Source: an uncultured virus (IMG/VR IMGVR_UViG_3300025128_000028) (lineage: Duplodnaviria; Heunggongvirae; Uroviricota; Caudoviricetes). Taken from it: DNA of 64,000 nucleotides. The notes under the pieces were generated by a model. That model made no database searches, was not told where the DNA came from, and saw only the letters and a list, made by a program, of their open reading frames with translations. Below are positions 49,255 to 60,701 of the stretch, piece after piece. The DNA lies in the IMG/VR virus record IMGVR_UViG_3300025128_000028, one strand, 5' to 3'. Every line of letters starts with the position of its first letter. Within the stretch, counting starts at the first letter, position 1. The position numbers and the translations under genes were made by a program.

Positions 49255-49796
49255 ATCTGATCACCCCAACTGTCCCAACCTTCTGCACGTTTCCGAGCAA
49301 AAAGTTCAATTCGTGGTATATCACCACATAGTTCCACTATTTTATCTCTTATTATATCAGGTTTTTGTGAGTGTTCCCCTCTTGGACTCATTACAACACT
49401 TGATATATAATTACTAACTACTATTGGTTTTCCTTTCACCCCTATTAAACAACATTCACAGTTCGATTTTGTATAATATCCTATACCGAAAAATGGTTTG
49501 CCGTTCTTTTTATTAGTTTTTATCCATGAGAAACCAAGCGTTTTATATTTAAAACCCCATGCGTTTATTGTTTCTAATCCTTCTCGTAAGTTAGGGAACG
49601 TTGTCCACAAAAATAACATACAATTAGTATCAGCAATATCATTTACAGGTAGGTTTTTTATATCTTCTAATGACATTGTTTTATAATGTACTGTTGCTCC
49701 GCCACATAATCGTGCGTGTTTATCACGCTTATCCCTGTAGCTCCAAGCGGGATCAGCATATATTATATTATATTTTTTATCTGTTGGAAAATCCAA
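49251..49796 (-). CDS. MT-A70 family adenine methyltransferase
   Basis: IIYADPAW, LFLW, WGFKY, HSQKP and IELFAR...GWDSWGD. Confidence 0.92.
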   Translation of the reverse strand: MDFPTDKKYNIIYADPAWSYRDKRDKHARLCGGATVHYKTMSLEDIKNLPVNDIADTNCMLFLWTTFPNLREGLETINAWGFKYKTLGFSWIKTNKKNGKPFFGIGYYTKSNCECCLIGVKGKPIVVSNYISSVVMSPRGEHSQKPDIIRDKIVELCGDIPRIELFARKRAEGWDSWGDQI

Positions 49797-49876
49797 TATA
49801 TTATTAACTATTGATCTGTTATATAATCGTTTCTAAAAATAAGGCAATACAACTAAGCATGGTTTAGCTAAACAAA

Positions 49877-50113
49877 TCAATGTCGTCTTTCTAGAATAGC
49901 GACTCTTGTTCCCATATCGTTATGGTATTTGTTCCCCTCGTTGTTGCCGAGTAGTTTTATTTTATGGTTGTCGGTGTACTCAAACCATTTCTGCCCACAG
50001 TTCGCTTTCAACACTACTCCACAGGGTTTCATGTTGATTCCGTACTGTTCAGGTCTTAATGGAAATATACTAGATTTTAGACTGTCGCAACAGATTTCAT
50101 TGTATTGTTCCAT
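49877..50113 (-). CDS. Hypothetical protein
   Basis: ORF with TATA upstream. Confidence 0.5.
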   Translation of the reverse strand: MEQYNEICCDSLKSSIFPLRPEQYGINMKPCGVVLKANCGQKWFEYTDNHKIKLLGNNEGNKYHNDMGTRVAILERRH

Positions 50114-50150
50114 AACATATCATAGTTAAACACTAATATAAATCTTTATT

Positions 50151-50489
50151 TTATGTCTTGGTCATTTTTCTTGCTATCGACATTTTGTTATATATTTTAT
50201 CGCCAAACCTACAAAACTTTTCCAATGCAAAGTGGTGCGTATTACACAGATACATAAATCGCTTTGGATTCTTTTTTATCATTGGCAACAAGTCCTTGTA
50301 ATATTCAAGTGTGCCTGAATCATTTTTGGGATACGTTTTATATATTATATCTTTTTTCAAATACCACAGGTGGTGGATTGTCATACCTCGCTTTGCCGAT
50401 TTGCAATTACATATCCAACAATTTCCATTTCCTAAAGCAATTCGACCACATTCAGTTTTTATAATATTTATTTCTTCTTTAATTGTCAT
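50151..50489 (-). CDS. HNH-like endonuclease
   Basis: CWIC...TIHHLWY...LCNTHH. Confidence 0.65.
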   Translation of the reverse strand: MTIKEEINIIKTECGRIALGNGNCWICNCKSAKRGMTIHHLWYLKKDIIYKTYPKNDSGTLEYYKDLLPMIKKNPKRFMYLCNTHHFALEKFCRFGDKIYNKMSIARKMTKT

Positions 50490-50525
50490 ACACCTTTATA
50501 TACTATGAATGTATTTAAGGCTTTA

Positions 50526-50741
50526 TTAGATTTGACTAGAATTATATTGTCCTCGTATATATTTATTAAAATATTTTCCTTTTGATTCTGCTCTTTTAAA
50601 TTCTGACCATACGTCTTTGGGAACACCTTCGCACTCATATACTTCGCTTCCTTCACCGATATATATCACCATACGTTCAGTTTCAGTATTATATTTTGCA
50701 CCACGAATCCATGACATACCTGCAAAACTATCTTCACTCAA
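50526..50741 (-). CDS. KTSC domain protein
   Basis: YN...VYECEGVP...AESKGKYFNKYIRGQY. Confidence 0.9.
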   Translation of the reverse strand: MSEDSFAGMSWIRGAKYNTETERMVIYIGEGSEVYECEGVPKDVWSEFKRAESKGKYFNKYIRGQYNSSQI

Positions 50742-53700
50742 TCTTCTTCCTCCTCATTTCGAGCATTATATCTATCTTCAACGTCTTTTTTTGTTGGGTA
50801 TAATGGTGCAAGGGGATATTCTAAAGTATCAATACGGTTTCTTAAAGTTTGGCAAGTTTCTCTTAAATTTATTATATCTTGTTGCATTTCAGCTATAGTT
50901 AATTCTTCTTGAGTACATTCACATTCGTCATTCATACACGATCCACAATTCCAACATTCTTTATATTGTTTAACCCCACAAGTACAATAAGTCAATTATA
51001 CACCCTCGCCTTCTTGTTTTCGTTTTCTTATATTACTCAATAAATAATCTAACGTTTGATCTAGTTCACGTTCAATTTTACTTATTTCGTCAGGCTCTAA
51101 TCCTAAATTTTTACAAAATTCTGTTTTGATTATATTTTTAAAATGTGGGGGAATTTCTAGTATTTCTAAAGCCCCAAACACCGTACAAAACATTTCTCTA
51201 TTAGTTATCAATCTACAAATCTCACCCATGTAAATTGTTTGCAATCACATTCATTACATTTTCCATGTCCTTTTTGGTATCTGTCGCTATGTAAACCATT
51301 GGGCGACACTCCACCTAAATGACCGCAACTACACAATTCTTTTTCATGTTTCATTTCAGTTTTTCAAGCTCCTCTTTACTTGTTTCATTATGTCTATAGT
51401 TAACACCCCTGAAATATAAATGTATGTCTTTTTGATTTTTCATATACCAATAATATAATATACAAGCAGTTCCAATCCAACCAAAAGGAATTAATAGTAA
51501 AAACATACTTAGTGAAGGCAATAAAAATAGCCGTCTTGCTCGGATCATTTTTTCTTTTTCAACCAATCCCATTCAGGTCTTTCTTCTTCTTCGTCCAATT
51601 TTTTTTCTACCTGTTTATTTATTTTACAATCACATTTAAATTTACAGAAATGATTTAGACATACTACACCATTATGAGTTCTAAATCCACTTTTACAATA
51701 TATACAGCGATTCAATCTGCTCCCTTCTTCCACAAGTGTACTTTTTGAACGTGGTCTTTTAAATCTACAAAAAATGTATCACAATATATACACTTTTCCC
51801 ACTTTTCAGGGAAGGTCAATGTAATTTTCCTCTAATATACAACATAATAGTGTGTGCAATATATAACAATTCAGTCAATCTTAACTTCACCACTTAATAT
51901 TTTTTTCATTAGTTCTTCTTGTGATCTAATTATTTCTGTTGCAAGTAAATCAATTACATGATTTATATGGTCTTCATGAACATTATCTTTTGAAGCCACC
52001 GCTAACCATTCACCACAATATTTTACTTTTACTTCAACTGTTCCAATTAATTCGTCAGTCAATAATATCCCCTTCCATAGTTATCTTCCGAAGGCTCTAA
52101 CCAATATTCTTTGCTTAGTTCGTGTTCAATAGCATATTCTTCAATAGATTCTTTGCTAATTTTATCTAATAACCACCATTCAAGTTTGCCTAAAAGATAT
52201 AATCTTCGCATTTTTCCTCTTATTTTATAATATATTCTATTAAGAAAATTATTATTGGTAAAGGTATAAGTATTATTTGAGCCTTTAATGGTAAAATCTG
52301 ACATACTTTGCTACACCATGAGCCTTTTATAACTCTTTAGTTCTGCTCTAAGTTGCTTGAGATAGCATTTATTGTGCATTTTTATATATTGATCTCTACT
52401 AAAATATTTTGAATAATCTTCGCCCTTCTTTATTTTCTTATCACACACCCTGCAAGTGTGTTCAAATCTAGCAGTTGAGTCAGAAAATCTTCTGATTATA
52501 TAATGTATCAGGGGCAATCTTTCAAATCCTCTCGTACACGTTGTTCATAGTCTAATAATGTTTCTAAATATTCCTTACCTGTTGCTTCTTTATTATTAAC
52601 AATATATAACAAATCGTCTATTGCTTCTTCGTAAGTTTCAGCAAAATTCATTAATCGTTCTCTTGTTATTATATTATTCTTCAACTGTATCACCCTCTAT
52701 TACTTCAACGTCTTCAAATGGAACAAAGTATGTATGGTTCTTATACAATGCTCTATACACACCTTCAAGATTTATTCCTACAATACCGTTTGTATAAGAG
52801 TCTTCATTTTCATAACTAAAATCACATTTTTCTGTATCTATAGTTATTCTGATTTTCAACTGTATCACCTATCTATGTGTTCCGTCATATATGAACGCTT
52901 CGTTTTCTACTTCTACCAATTCTTTTTTATACATTATCATATAACTTGTTCCACATTCTTGACAAGTCCCTGCTTTGTCATAATCATATTCTTCCATACT
53001 AAACATAGTTGTTTTATTACACTTTGGGCAATCTTCTGTTTCTTCCCAATTTCCTTCGGTATGTCCCAATTATATAATCACCTTATTTTTAATTTCTTCA
53101 AGTATTTTTTGTTTTGACTCTATTTCTTTTGCGACATATTCTGCTTCTTTCTTTAATTCACGTTGATATACTTCGTTATAACATTTCATACAATATTCAG
53201 TATATACCATACAATTATTACCGTTCCGTCCATGTTGCCTACGCATACATTTATCACCACGTTCTATTTTTTCCTTACATTCCTTACACCAAGTCCCCCA
53301 TTTTCGCTGTCGTGCTGTTGATTCGTAATAATCTGATATACCCAATTATATATTCCCCTCTAAATGTTGATAATGTTTGTTTTTTTCTATATGTATTTTG
53401 TCTAAATATCCTTCAAAAACTTGAAAGTAATGACAACAAGAAGTATCTAAACTAGAACAAAAATATACTTTGTCTTTTGGATCATAAGCAAGTTTACTTG
53501 CTCTTGCAACAAATTTATTTGATCTACATTTTGGGCATTTTGGCTTCAATATATATCACAAATCCCTCAATTTTTCGTCATTATACCCTGCACACCACTT
53601 ATAAAAAAGTTCAAACCATAATTTTTTCTCGTCCTTATCTGTAGGGGCTTCTTGACTATAGTTATCTTTTAATCTTCGACACGCTAAATCAAGTATTCTT

Positions 53701-53978
53701 TCTATTTGTGCATTAGTAAAAGTATCTTCTATATATTTTAGTGTTTTTTTCTTTGCACTAAGATTGATTTTTTTACAACTAGTCAAGTTGGTGTCCCCTC
53801 ATATAACATGGTAGAAAATCCATTGTTGGTAAAATGTGCCGAAGTACATAATATCCATTCTAATACTTCAATTTCAGCACAAATTATATTATAATCTTCT
53901 TGTGTCATTTCATTAGGGGGTGTGTCCCATTCTTTCACCTGTTGTTTTAATTCCTCTAAGTGTTCATATATTTCTTGT

Positions 53979-54131
53979 TTAGTTTTCAATTTTTTCACTC
54001 CAAATTTTTTCACTCCTTAAAAATCCTTCACCACATTCAATATGACATGGTTTGCCTTTATGAAAAAATGCACCATGTTTGTTTACACGGTAGTCAGAAA
54101 TATATTTTTTACAAAATTTACATTTATTCAA
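53979..54131 (-). CDS. LIM-like zinc-finger microprotein, copy B (50 aa)
   Basis: MNKCKFCKKYISDYRVNKHGAFFHKGKPCHIECGEGF... Confidence 0.6.
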   Translation of the reverse strand: MNKCKFCKKYISDYRVNKHGAFFHKGKPCHIECGEGFLRSEKIWSEKIEN

Positions 54132-54253
54132 TTTTTTCACTCCAAATTTTTTCACTCCTTAAAAATCCTTCACCACATTCAATATGACATGGTTTGCCTT
54201 TATGAAAAAATGCTTCAAATAAATTTATATATTTTTTACAAAATTTACATTTA
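53985..54253. repeat. Tandem duplication with about 142-bp offset
   Basis: 53985-54071 is identical to 54127-54213; a further ~26-nt block is shared. Confidence 0.95.
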
Positions 54254-54258
54254 GTCAA
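54124..54258 (-). CDS. LIM-like zinc-finger microprotein, copy A (44 aa)
   Basis: MTKCKFCKKYINLFEAFFHKGKPCHIECGEGF... Confidence 0.6.
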   Translation of the reverse strand: MTKCKFCKKYINLFEAFFHKGKPCHIECGEGFLRSEKIWSEKIE

Positions 54259-55419
54259 TTTGATTTCCCCTTCTTTGATTCTGAATATGTTTTGGGCATA
54301 TATTTTGGATCAATAGCCATTCTACCAAGTTCTGCATATACATGGTCAATAACTTCCTTAGTATTAGGACGATCACATATTGGGCATTTTTCACACAAGT
54401 ATATATTCACCTTTAATTGGACTAAATTTTGTTATGTCTATTTTATCTTTTGATTCAATAGGGTATTCATTAGGGTTATCTTCTTTAACTAAAATCAAAC
54501 TACCGCCTGTATCTATTATACCTTGATCCCCTGTTGAATTTACTGCAATTAATTTTCCTCTAAAGCCGTCCCCACGCAAACCGATATATTTGTTATAACC
54601 TTCATTTGATTTGGGATCGGTATCAGGGCGATCTCCGTATTTAATCATATTATATAATCCCCTCATTACCGTTAAATTTAGTACGAAATAATCTTTTACT
54701 TTCACTTTCAATTATATTGTCCCTTATCATTTTCACATAGTCAAATCCTACTTCGTCATAATATTTTGGAAAATGTTTGGCTACAAATGGCACAACCATA
54801 TCAGTTATAGATTTTTTATCATAACCTTGATTGGCTTTAATCATGACAAATTTTTCGATTGAATGACCAACTGTTTCACGTTGACTAGCACATGAATCAC
54901 ATTGACATAAATCCAATTATATATTCACCTCAAAAAAGGGGGAGTGGGAAGACATTTTAGTTATCTTCCTCCTTTTCTAAAAATTTTTTTAAAACAGCAA
55001 AGTCCACGCCTAATATTTCGTTATATAGTCCGTATTGTCTTTCTTTTGGGTAATCATATAGATCGCTAATGATATACTCTATAGAAGATATTAAATTATC
55101 CCTTGTTTTTGCGTACATATATTTTTTACTTTGCAATTCAGGTCTAATTTTTTTTCTTTTTTCGTCTTCGTTTTTATAAGTTCCACCGACTTTTAGCCTA
55201 TAATAATCTAGTGCCATGTCAATATCTTTTGACAACCATTCAATGTAGTCTTTTAAAGAAACTAACTGATCAATTATTGGCATTTCGGCTTTTCTTATTT
55301 TAGCGTTTGCACTTTGTTGTCCGATTTTTTGTTTTTGTTTCATTATTAATCTCTAATAACACATATTATTTATAAATCTTTACCTATTTCTAAAACGCTG
55401 TTATAAAAATAAAAATGGT

Positions 55420-55630
55420 GTCGCACTTGGAATAATGGAAAGGTTAAATTCCTTAAAACCTTTGAAGAAGCCCACAAACGAGGTTGTGAAGCAAATGAAT
55501 AGATCAAAGCGTGGTCTTCTTCTACTCCAATGCGACTTGAGAAAGTTTGGTAGATTGGATTTATGAGTCCGTTATCAAACATTCTGAATCTATTACGTTA
55601 ATGCCTAATATTAGTGTTTGGTATCATTAG
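55420..55630. ncRNA. Candidate multi-stem structured RNA
   Basis: Nested stems GTCGCA-TTGGA/TCCAA-TGCGAC, AAAGGTT/AACCTTT, GAAGAAG/CTTCTTC, then GTTTGGTA/TATCAAAC. Confidence 0.5.
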
Positions 55631-55668
55631 TATCTATACTTTGCATACTATTAATAATAAAACTTTGA

Positions 55669-55700
55669 TAGGAATATTAAAACGATTCCTAATATAAATG
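55669..55700 (-). promoter_or_regulatory. TATA box with adjacent palindromic operator TAGGAAT-N9-ATTCCTA
   Basis: Near-identical copy at 63545-63576; partial copy at 61736-61768. Confidence 0.7.
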
Positions 55701-56053
55701 TTTAATATTATACCGTACTATACCGTACTTAAATACTCATATTAATTTTTAGTTCAAAAATATATTATATATTCAGGAAAACCATCATCCGTTACATCAT
55801 CCAGAGATGTTACTGTTACTGGTTTCCTGACATATATATATAAAATATATTGTGCCTAATAGTATATTTCGTGCCTATTTTTTTCAATTTAGGTCTAGGC
55901 AGAATTGTGTGGTTTGCCAAGACTTGGGTAATGTGTGCCGTGTATATATTTTAGAAACATTTATACAATTTTTCTAGCCTGTTTATAACGCTGTTATATT
56001 TTTTCTTTCAATTTTTGATTGCAAAATGAGTAGAAAAAATGGGGGGGTTGTTA

Positions 56054-59000
56054 TTAGATTTGTTCTAAACAAAATCTATATAACAATTTGTCATTTTTGA
56101 TTGCTTCTTGAAATGACTGTTCGGATATTTTTGAGAAACTAAAAATATGCAATACACCTTTTTTTGCCTTTAATGTCTTGGCACTTTCTAAGGTGTGTTG
56201 TAATATTTCTCTCAAAGCCCTTTGTGATTTTCGATTGAGTTTTCTTATTAGTTTACTACCTTCTTCTCGTTCTTCCTCACTAACTTTTGGATTGCTGTAT
56301 TCGTTCATTAATTACTATACGTTAAACTTGTTAATATATCTTGCTTAACAGTTTATATTAGGAAAAAAGGGGGGGGGGTAAAGTATATTATACTATACCA
56401 TTGATTACTGTTTTTGCGTTTGCTTCTTCATGGTGATCTATTACAATTTTCATAACTTGATCAAGAAGAAATTCAGCATTTGAATTTTTGCCTTCTTGAT
56501 TAGTTTGGTTTTCGTCTTTCAAACCAATTTTGAAAGAGTTGACCAAGTTGCATATATCACACTTACAATATATTGTTTCCATGATTATAATTACACCTCA
56601 ATATACTTTGGATTTCCAAAGTTTATGTTGCTTGTTGCGTGTTTTATTTTTATATTATGAAAGTCAGAATGTCTTTTAATTCTTTGATCATAGTTTGGTT
56701 CACTTTGATCAAATTCTGCACTACATAAATCACATTTTACTAAGTTTTTCATTTTATATTCTCACTTTCTTTAACAAGATTTTGATAATATTTATTTGAT
56801 AATTCATATCTTCTCATAATATCTTTGTATGTTATATGACTTTGTTTCATGTGATTATCATATATTTCTTGCATTTCTTTAATTTCTTCTTTTGTTCCGT
56901 ATTGTTTTATTAATTCCAAAGAATTTTCAGTATGATAATTTATATTTTCATTTTTTTCATATTGTTTTAAAGTAAATCTTGACATTATATACACCATTCA
57001 CCTATTTTTACAACTTTTTCAGTTCGTGATTTCATTTTTATTACTTTGAATATTTTTAGGGCTTCTTTTTTCATTTTTTCGGTTATATATTTACTATTTT
57101 TGATAGCTGTTAGCATTGATAAAGGCACGATTATAACGTCAAATGATTTAGGACTTTGCCCAAGCCTATCTACGTTTTTATTCCAACGTAATATATTATT
57201 GATTTGAACAACTATAGCTTCTGATAATCCAAAGTCTAATGATATATTTTGAATATCAATATTTCTGATTTTTTCGGTTTTTTTAGTTTCATAAAAATTA
57301 ACTTTAAGTTTTTCTGCTCGTTGATCTGTGCATTTTTCTAATATATTGCCGTCCTCAAATTCAAAGTTATGCGGACTTGAAAAATTAGCCACGATTAAAC
57401 CATTTGATAATTCAATAATCGGCATTTCAAATATATCGTCATGTTCAAACTCGTCAACTTTTAAAGTTCCCTGTTTAGTTTCAATAACTAAAGATTTAAT
57501 ATATTTAAGAGATTCTGTTTTCATTCTAATTCTTCACCACTTCTTATTATTTCATTTTGCAAAACTGCTGATATACTTTGATATAATTCGACTTTATCAG
57601 TTTTTGAAAAATATTTTTCATATAATTTCCATACGATTTTTATTATTTTAGTGTCGTTTGTGTGCATTATTATATCTTGAAATTCGTCTATACTAATTCT
57701 TTCATTAATTACCGCTAATGAATTAGCCAAAATTTTATTTATTGAGTTTAAATTATCACCTGTTAAGTTTTGACTTGTCATATATTCACCAATTTCTCTT
57801 TTTATTGGGTTTGTTTCGTTTGGGTTAAATTCGTTTTTCATTCTTATATATTCACCAATTCCTCATGTAGTTCCATTTCTTCAAGTAAAATATTGCAATC
57901 CACAACACTATTTTTGAAATGATTTTCAAAATCAGTATAATTATCATATTCAGATTCGCAATTATTACAAAAATATATGGGGTGATCTAAAATTTTTGTA
58001 ATTAGTTGTATTTCTTCCTCACATTCTTTAAAATATTTTGTATTTGAAATAAATTTACGTTGTTCTTCATTTAACATATCCCTTCGATTATATATTTTAT
58101 CTATTTCGCCCTTTTTTAATAATTTAATTATTTCTTTTTTATCCATTTTTACCAAGTCCTCATTTGCATGGGTTCAGCTAATTCAGTTTTTGCAAGATTA
58201 TAACCTTTTTGAATATTCATTATTATTTTTCGGTCTTTTTGTGGCATATATTTTTTAACGCAATCCATACAATAAAGCCAACCTTCAAACCAAATTGAAT
58301 CAGCATTGGCTATAAATTCGCTATCACTTAGCGATATATTGCATGAATCACACACTAAGCAATCTTTGGGTATAATTGTTATTTGGCATATACATTTTTC
58401 GTTAAAGCAATATTCACAAGTCATTATATATTTCCACCTTCAACGATTAGTTTTTTGTATGTTTTTCCGTTATATCCTTCGATATTTTCATATCGGACTT
58501 TGATATTTTTAAATAAACATTCAAAAAATGAATCAATAACCGATCCCTGTCTTAACATTGTGCAACCGTGCATTATTTCGTTTATTGTTTGCATTTGTTC
58601 AGGCGTAAAATTAGCATTATATATTTTATCTTGCAATTTTTCGGCTTTGTCGTGATATTGTGCCATTTTAAATCAAATCTGCCTCTTGTTTTTTCAAGTC
58701 GTTTAATGCTTGATATTGTATTTTATAAGTCAAATCGCTTTGAATACTGCATATCAATAACGATTTTAAAAGAAGTTCTCGATCATGCTTTGATAATAAA
58801 TCTAAAAATATTTTGCATTGTTTACCAATATCAAGCGTTATATCTGGATCTTTTGTGTTTTCATATCCGATCGCATAATAATTTTCTTTTTGATTATATG
58901 CTATTTGTATTTCATTAACTTTCATATATTCGTCTAATGTTTGCTCATGGGCTTGTTTAACTGCTCCCATTTTTATTAAATCTGAAAGATTGTTTATTTC

Positions 59001-60700
59001 TTCCCAAGTTTTTTTAATTTCTTTTTCTCTTTCAGTTTCTTTTTTATCTTGTTTCATTCTAACATACCTCACAACATATTCATTTATAAATCTTATGCAA
59101 TTCATTAAACGCTGTTATATTTTTAGCCTTGACATATTGGTAATAATGAAATAAAATTGGAATACATAATGAATATTTTTTGGTATCTGCTCGAATTTCC
59201 AATAATATATTATTGGGAATTTCTACGCCCATATACTCCGATCCGTATCTATCTTTTGAATTTTGGGTATTAATCGCTAATGTAGGATCGACAACTTCAT
59301 TATTATTATTTATTAAAAATGCGTGTTCGATTGGTATTATGCTCAATGTATAACCTTCTATATATTTTAAATTATGACCATAAGCAAATTTGAAACAATT
59401 ATTATAACATTCTTTGATAATTGATTTTTTACTAAGTTTTTTTGATTCGACTTTATCAATTTTTATATATTTTTGGGAATTTTTTAAAAACCATTCATAA
59501 TAGTCTTTAATTTCACCATTAGAAATATTAGCTACACTTTGGACATATTCCGTTAATTTTGATTTTATCTTAGACATTTTTCATAATTCACCTTGACATA
59601 TATCACAAATATATAATGAAGTTGTTTTCATTGGTGTTTTGTCAAAAAATTGTCTAATATCTAGACATTTTCTGCAATATGAAAATTTACTCAAATATAC
59701 CAAGCCTCTCTAAATTATTAAAAATTTCGCCTAATGGAATATATTTAACCGTATCTGATATTTCTAAAAGTCTTAAAAATAATTCCTCGCCTTCGGTTAA
59801 TTCATATATATTTTTTTTATTCTTAATTTCATTAATTGACATAAATTTTAATTCTTCAGAATTATAATCTAAATTTTTATTATATTGTTCGTTTTTAATA
59901 TTCAGCTTTAATTTTTCATTTAAATTTTTCATAAATTGTTGCCGTCCACGTTTCCAAGATTTTTTATTTTTCATTTGTCATATCCTAAGAATTTATTTAA
60001 TTCTGTTTTTTTGTCTTCAAGTTTTTTTTCTAAAACTTTAATTTCTTTTTTAAGTTTTAATTTATTCATTTTATATATGCCTCAATTTTGGTTTGAAATT
60101 CTACAAATTTTAATTTTTTAGTTTTTTGATTTTTGATATTTTTAGAAATATATATTTTATTTCTTAAAGTTTTAATTTCTTGTGAATTAGGCTTAACGAA
60201 AATATACATTTTATCTAATCCTCACTAAAATTTTTTTAGTTAACGCTTCATGTAAATTTATTTTTAAATCTTTAAAATATTGCGTGAAATATTCAGAATC
60301 TAAATTATATATTTCTAATCGACTTGACAAACTCAAATATTCTAAATCTACTGATTGAATAGCTTCTGAAATATTCTCTAAATTATCAAAGTTTTGAGAT
60401 CCACAATAACCGCAATAATTATTTTTAGCATTTATTTCATTTTGACAATTTGCACAATTTACAAAAACTATTGTTTCATTTTTGTGATTTTTATATATTT
60501 TCATTTTAAATCATATCCTCGTAAAAATATGAAACTTTATTTCTTATAATTTTTGGAATTTTTTTAATATCACTATTTTTATTTGTAATTATCCTAAAAT
60601 TAGTCTTATGATAAAATGATAAATCGTGAATTAATTGCCAATTTTTTTTATTTTGACTAAATTCACAAAAATTATCAAAGTTTGAAATTATATAATTCAT
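56054..60700 (-). other. AT-rich operon of small hypothetical (putative early) genes
   Basis: Abutting ORFs 56054..56308 through 60506..60700, several with CxxC pairs. Confidence 0.7.
59080..59577 (-). CDS. Transglutaminase/papain-like Cys-His-Asp protein
   Basis: ECYNNC...YIEG...EHAF...VVDPT. Confidence 0.65.
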   Translation of the reverse strand: MSKIKSKLTEYVQSVANISNGEIKDYYEWFLKNSQKYIKIDKVESKKLSKKSIIKECYNNCFKFAYGHNLKYIEGYTLSIIPIEHAFLINNNNEVVDPTLAINTQNSKDRYGSEYMGVEIPNNILLEIRADTKKYSLCIPILFHYYQYVKAKNITAFNELHKIYK

Positions 60701-60701
60701 T

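Larger units (their letters stand above)
50738..55343 (-). other. Operon of about 20 small coupled hypothetical genes, many with zinc fingers
   Basis: Abutting minus-strand ORFs with GGTGA/GGGGA SD and TTG starts, e.g. 51208..51354, 51712..51819, 52311..52517, 53070..53345, 53346..53549, 54957..55343. Confidence 0.7.

Noticed and set aside
53960..54254. Plus-strand ORFs 53960..54187 and 54042..54254
   Set aside because: Antisense by-products of the duplication; minus-strand reading gives coupled zinc-finger genes with SD sites
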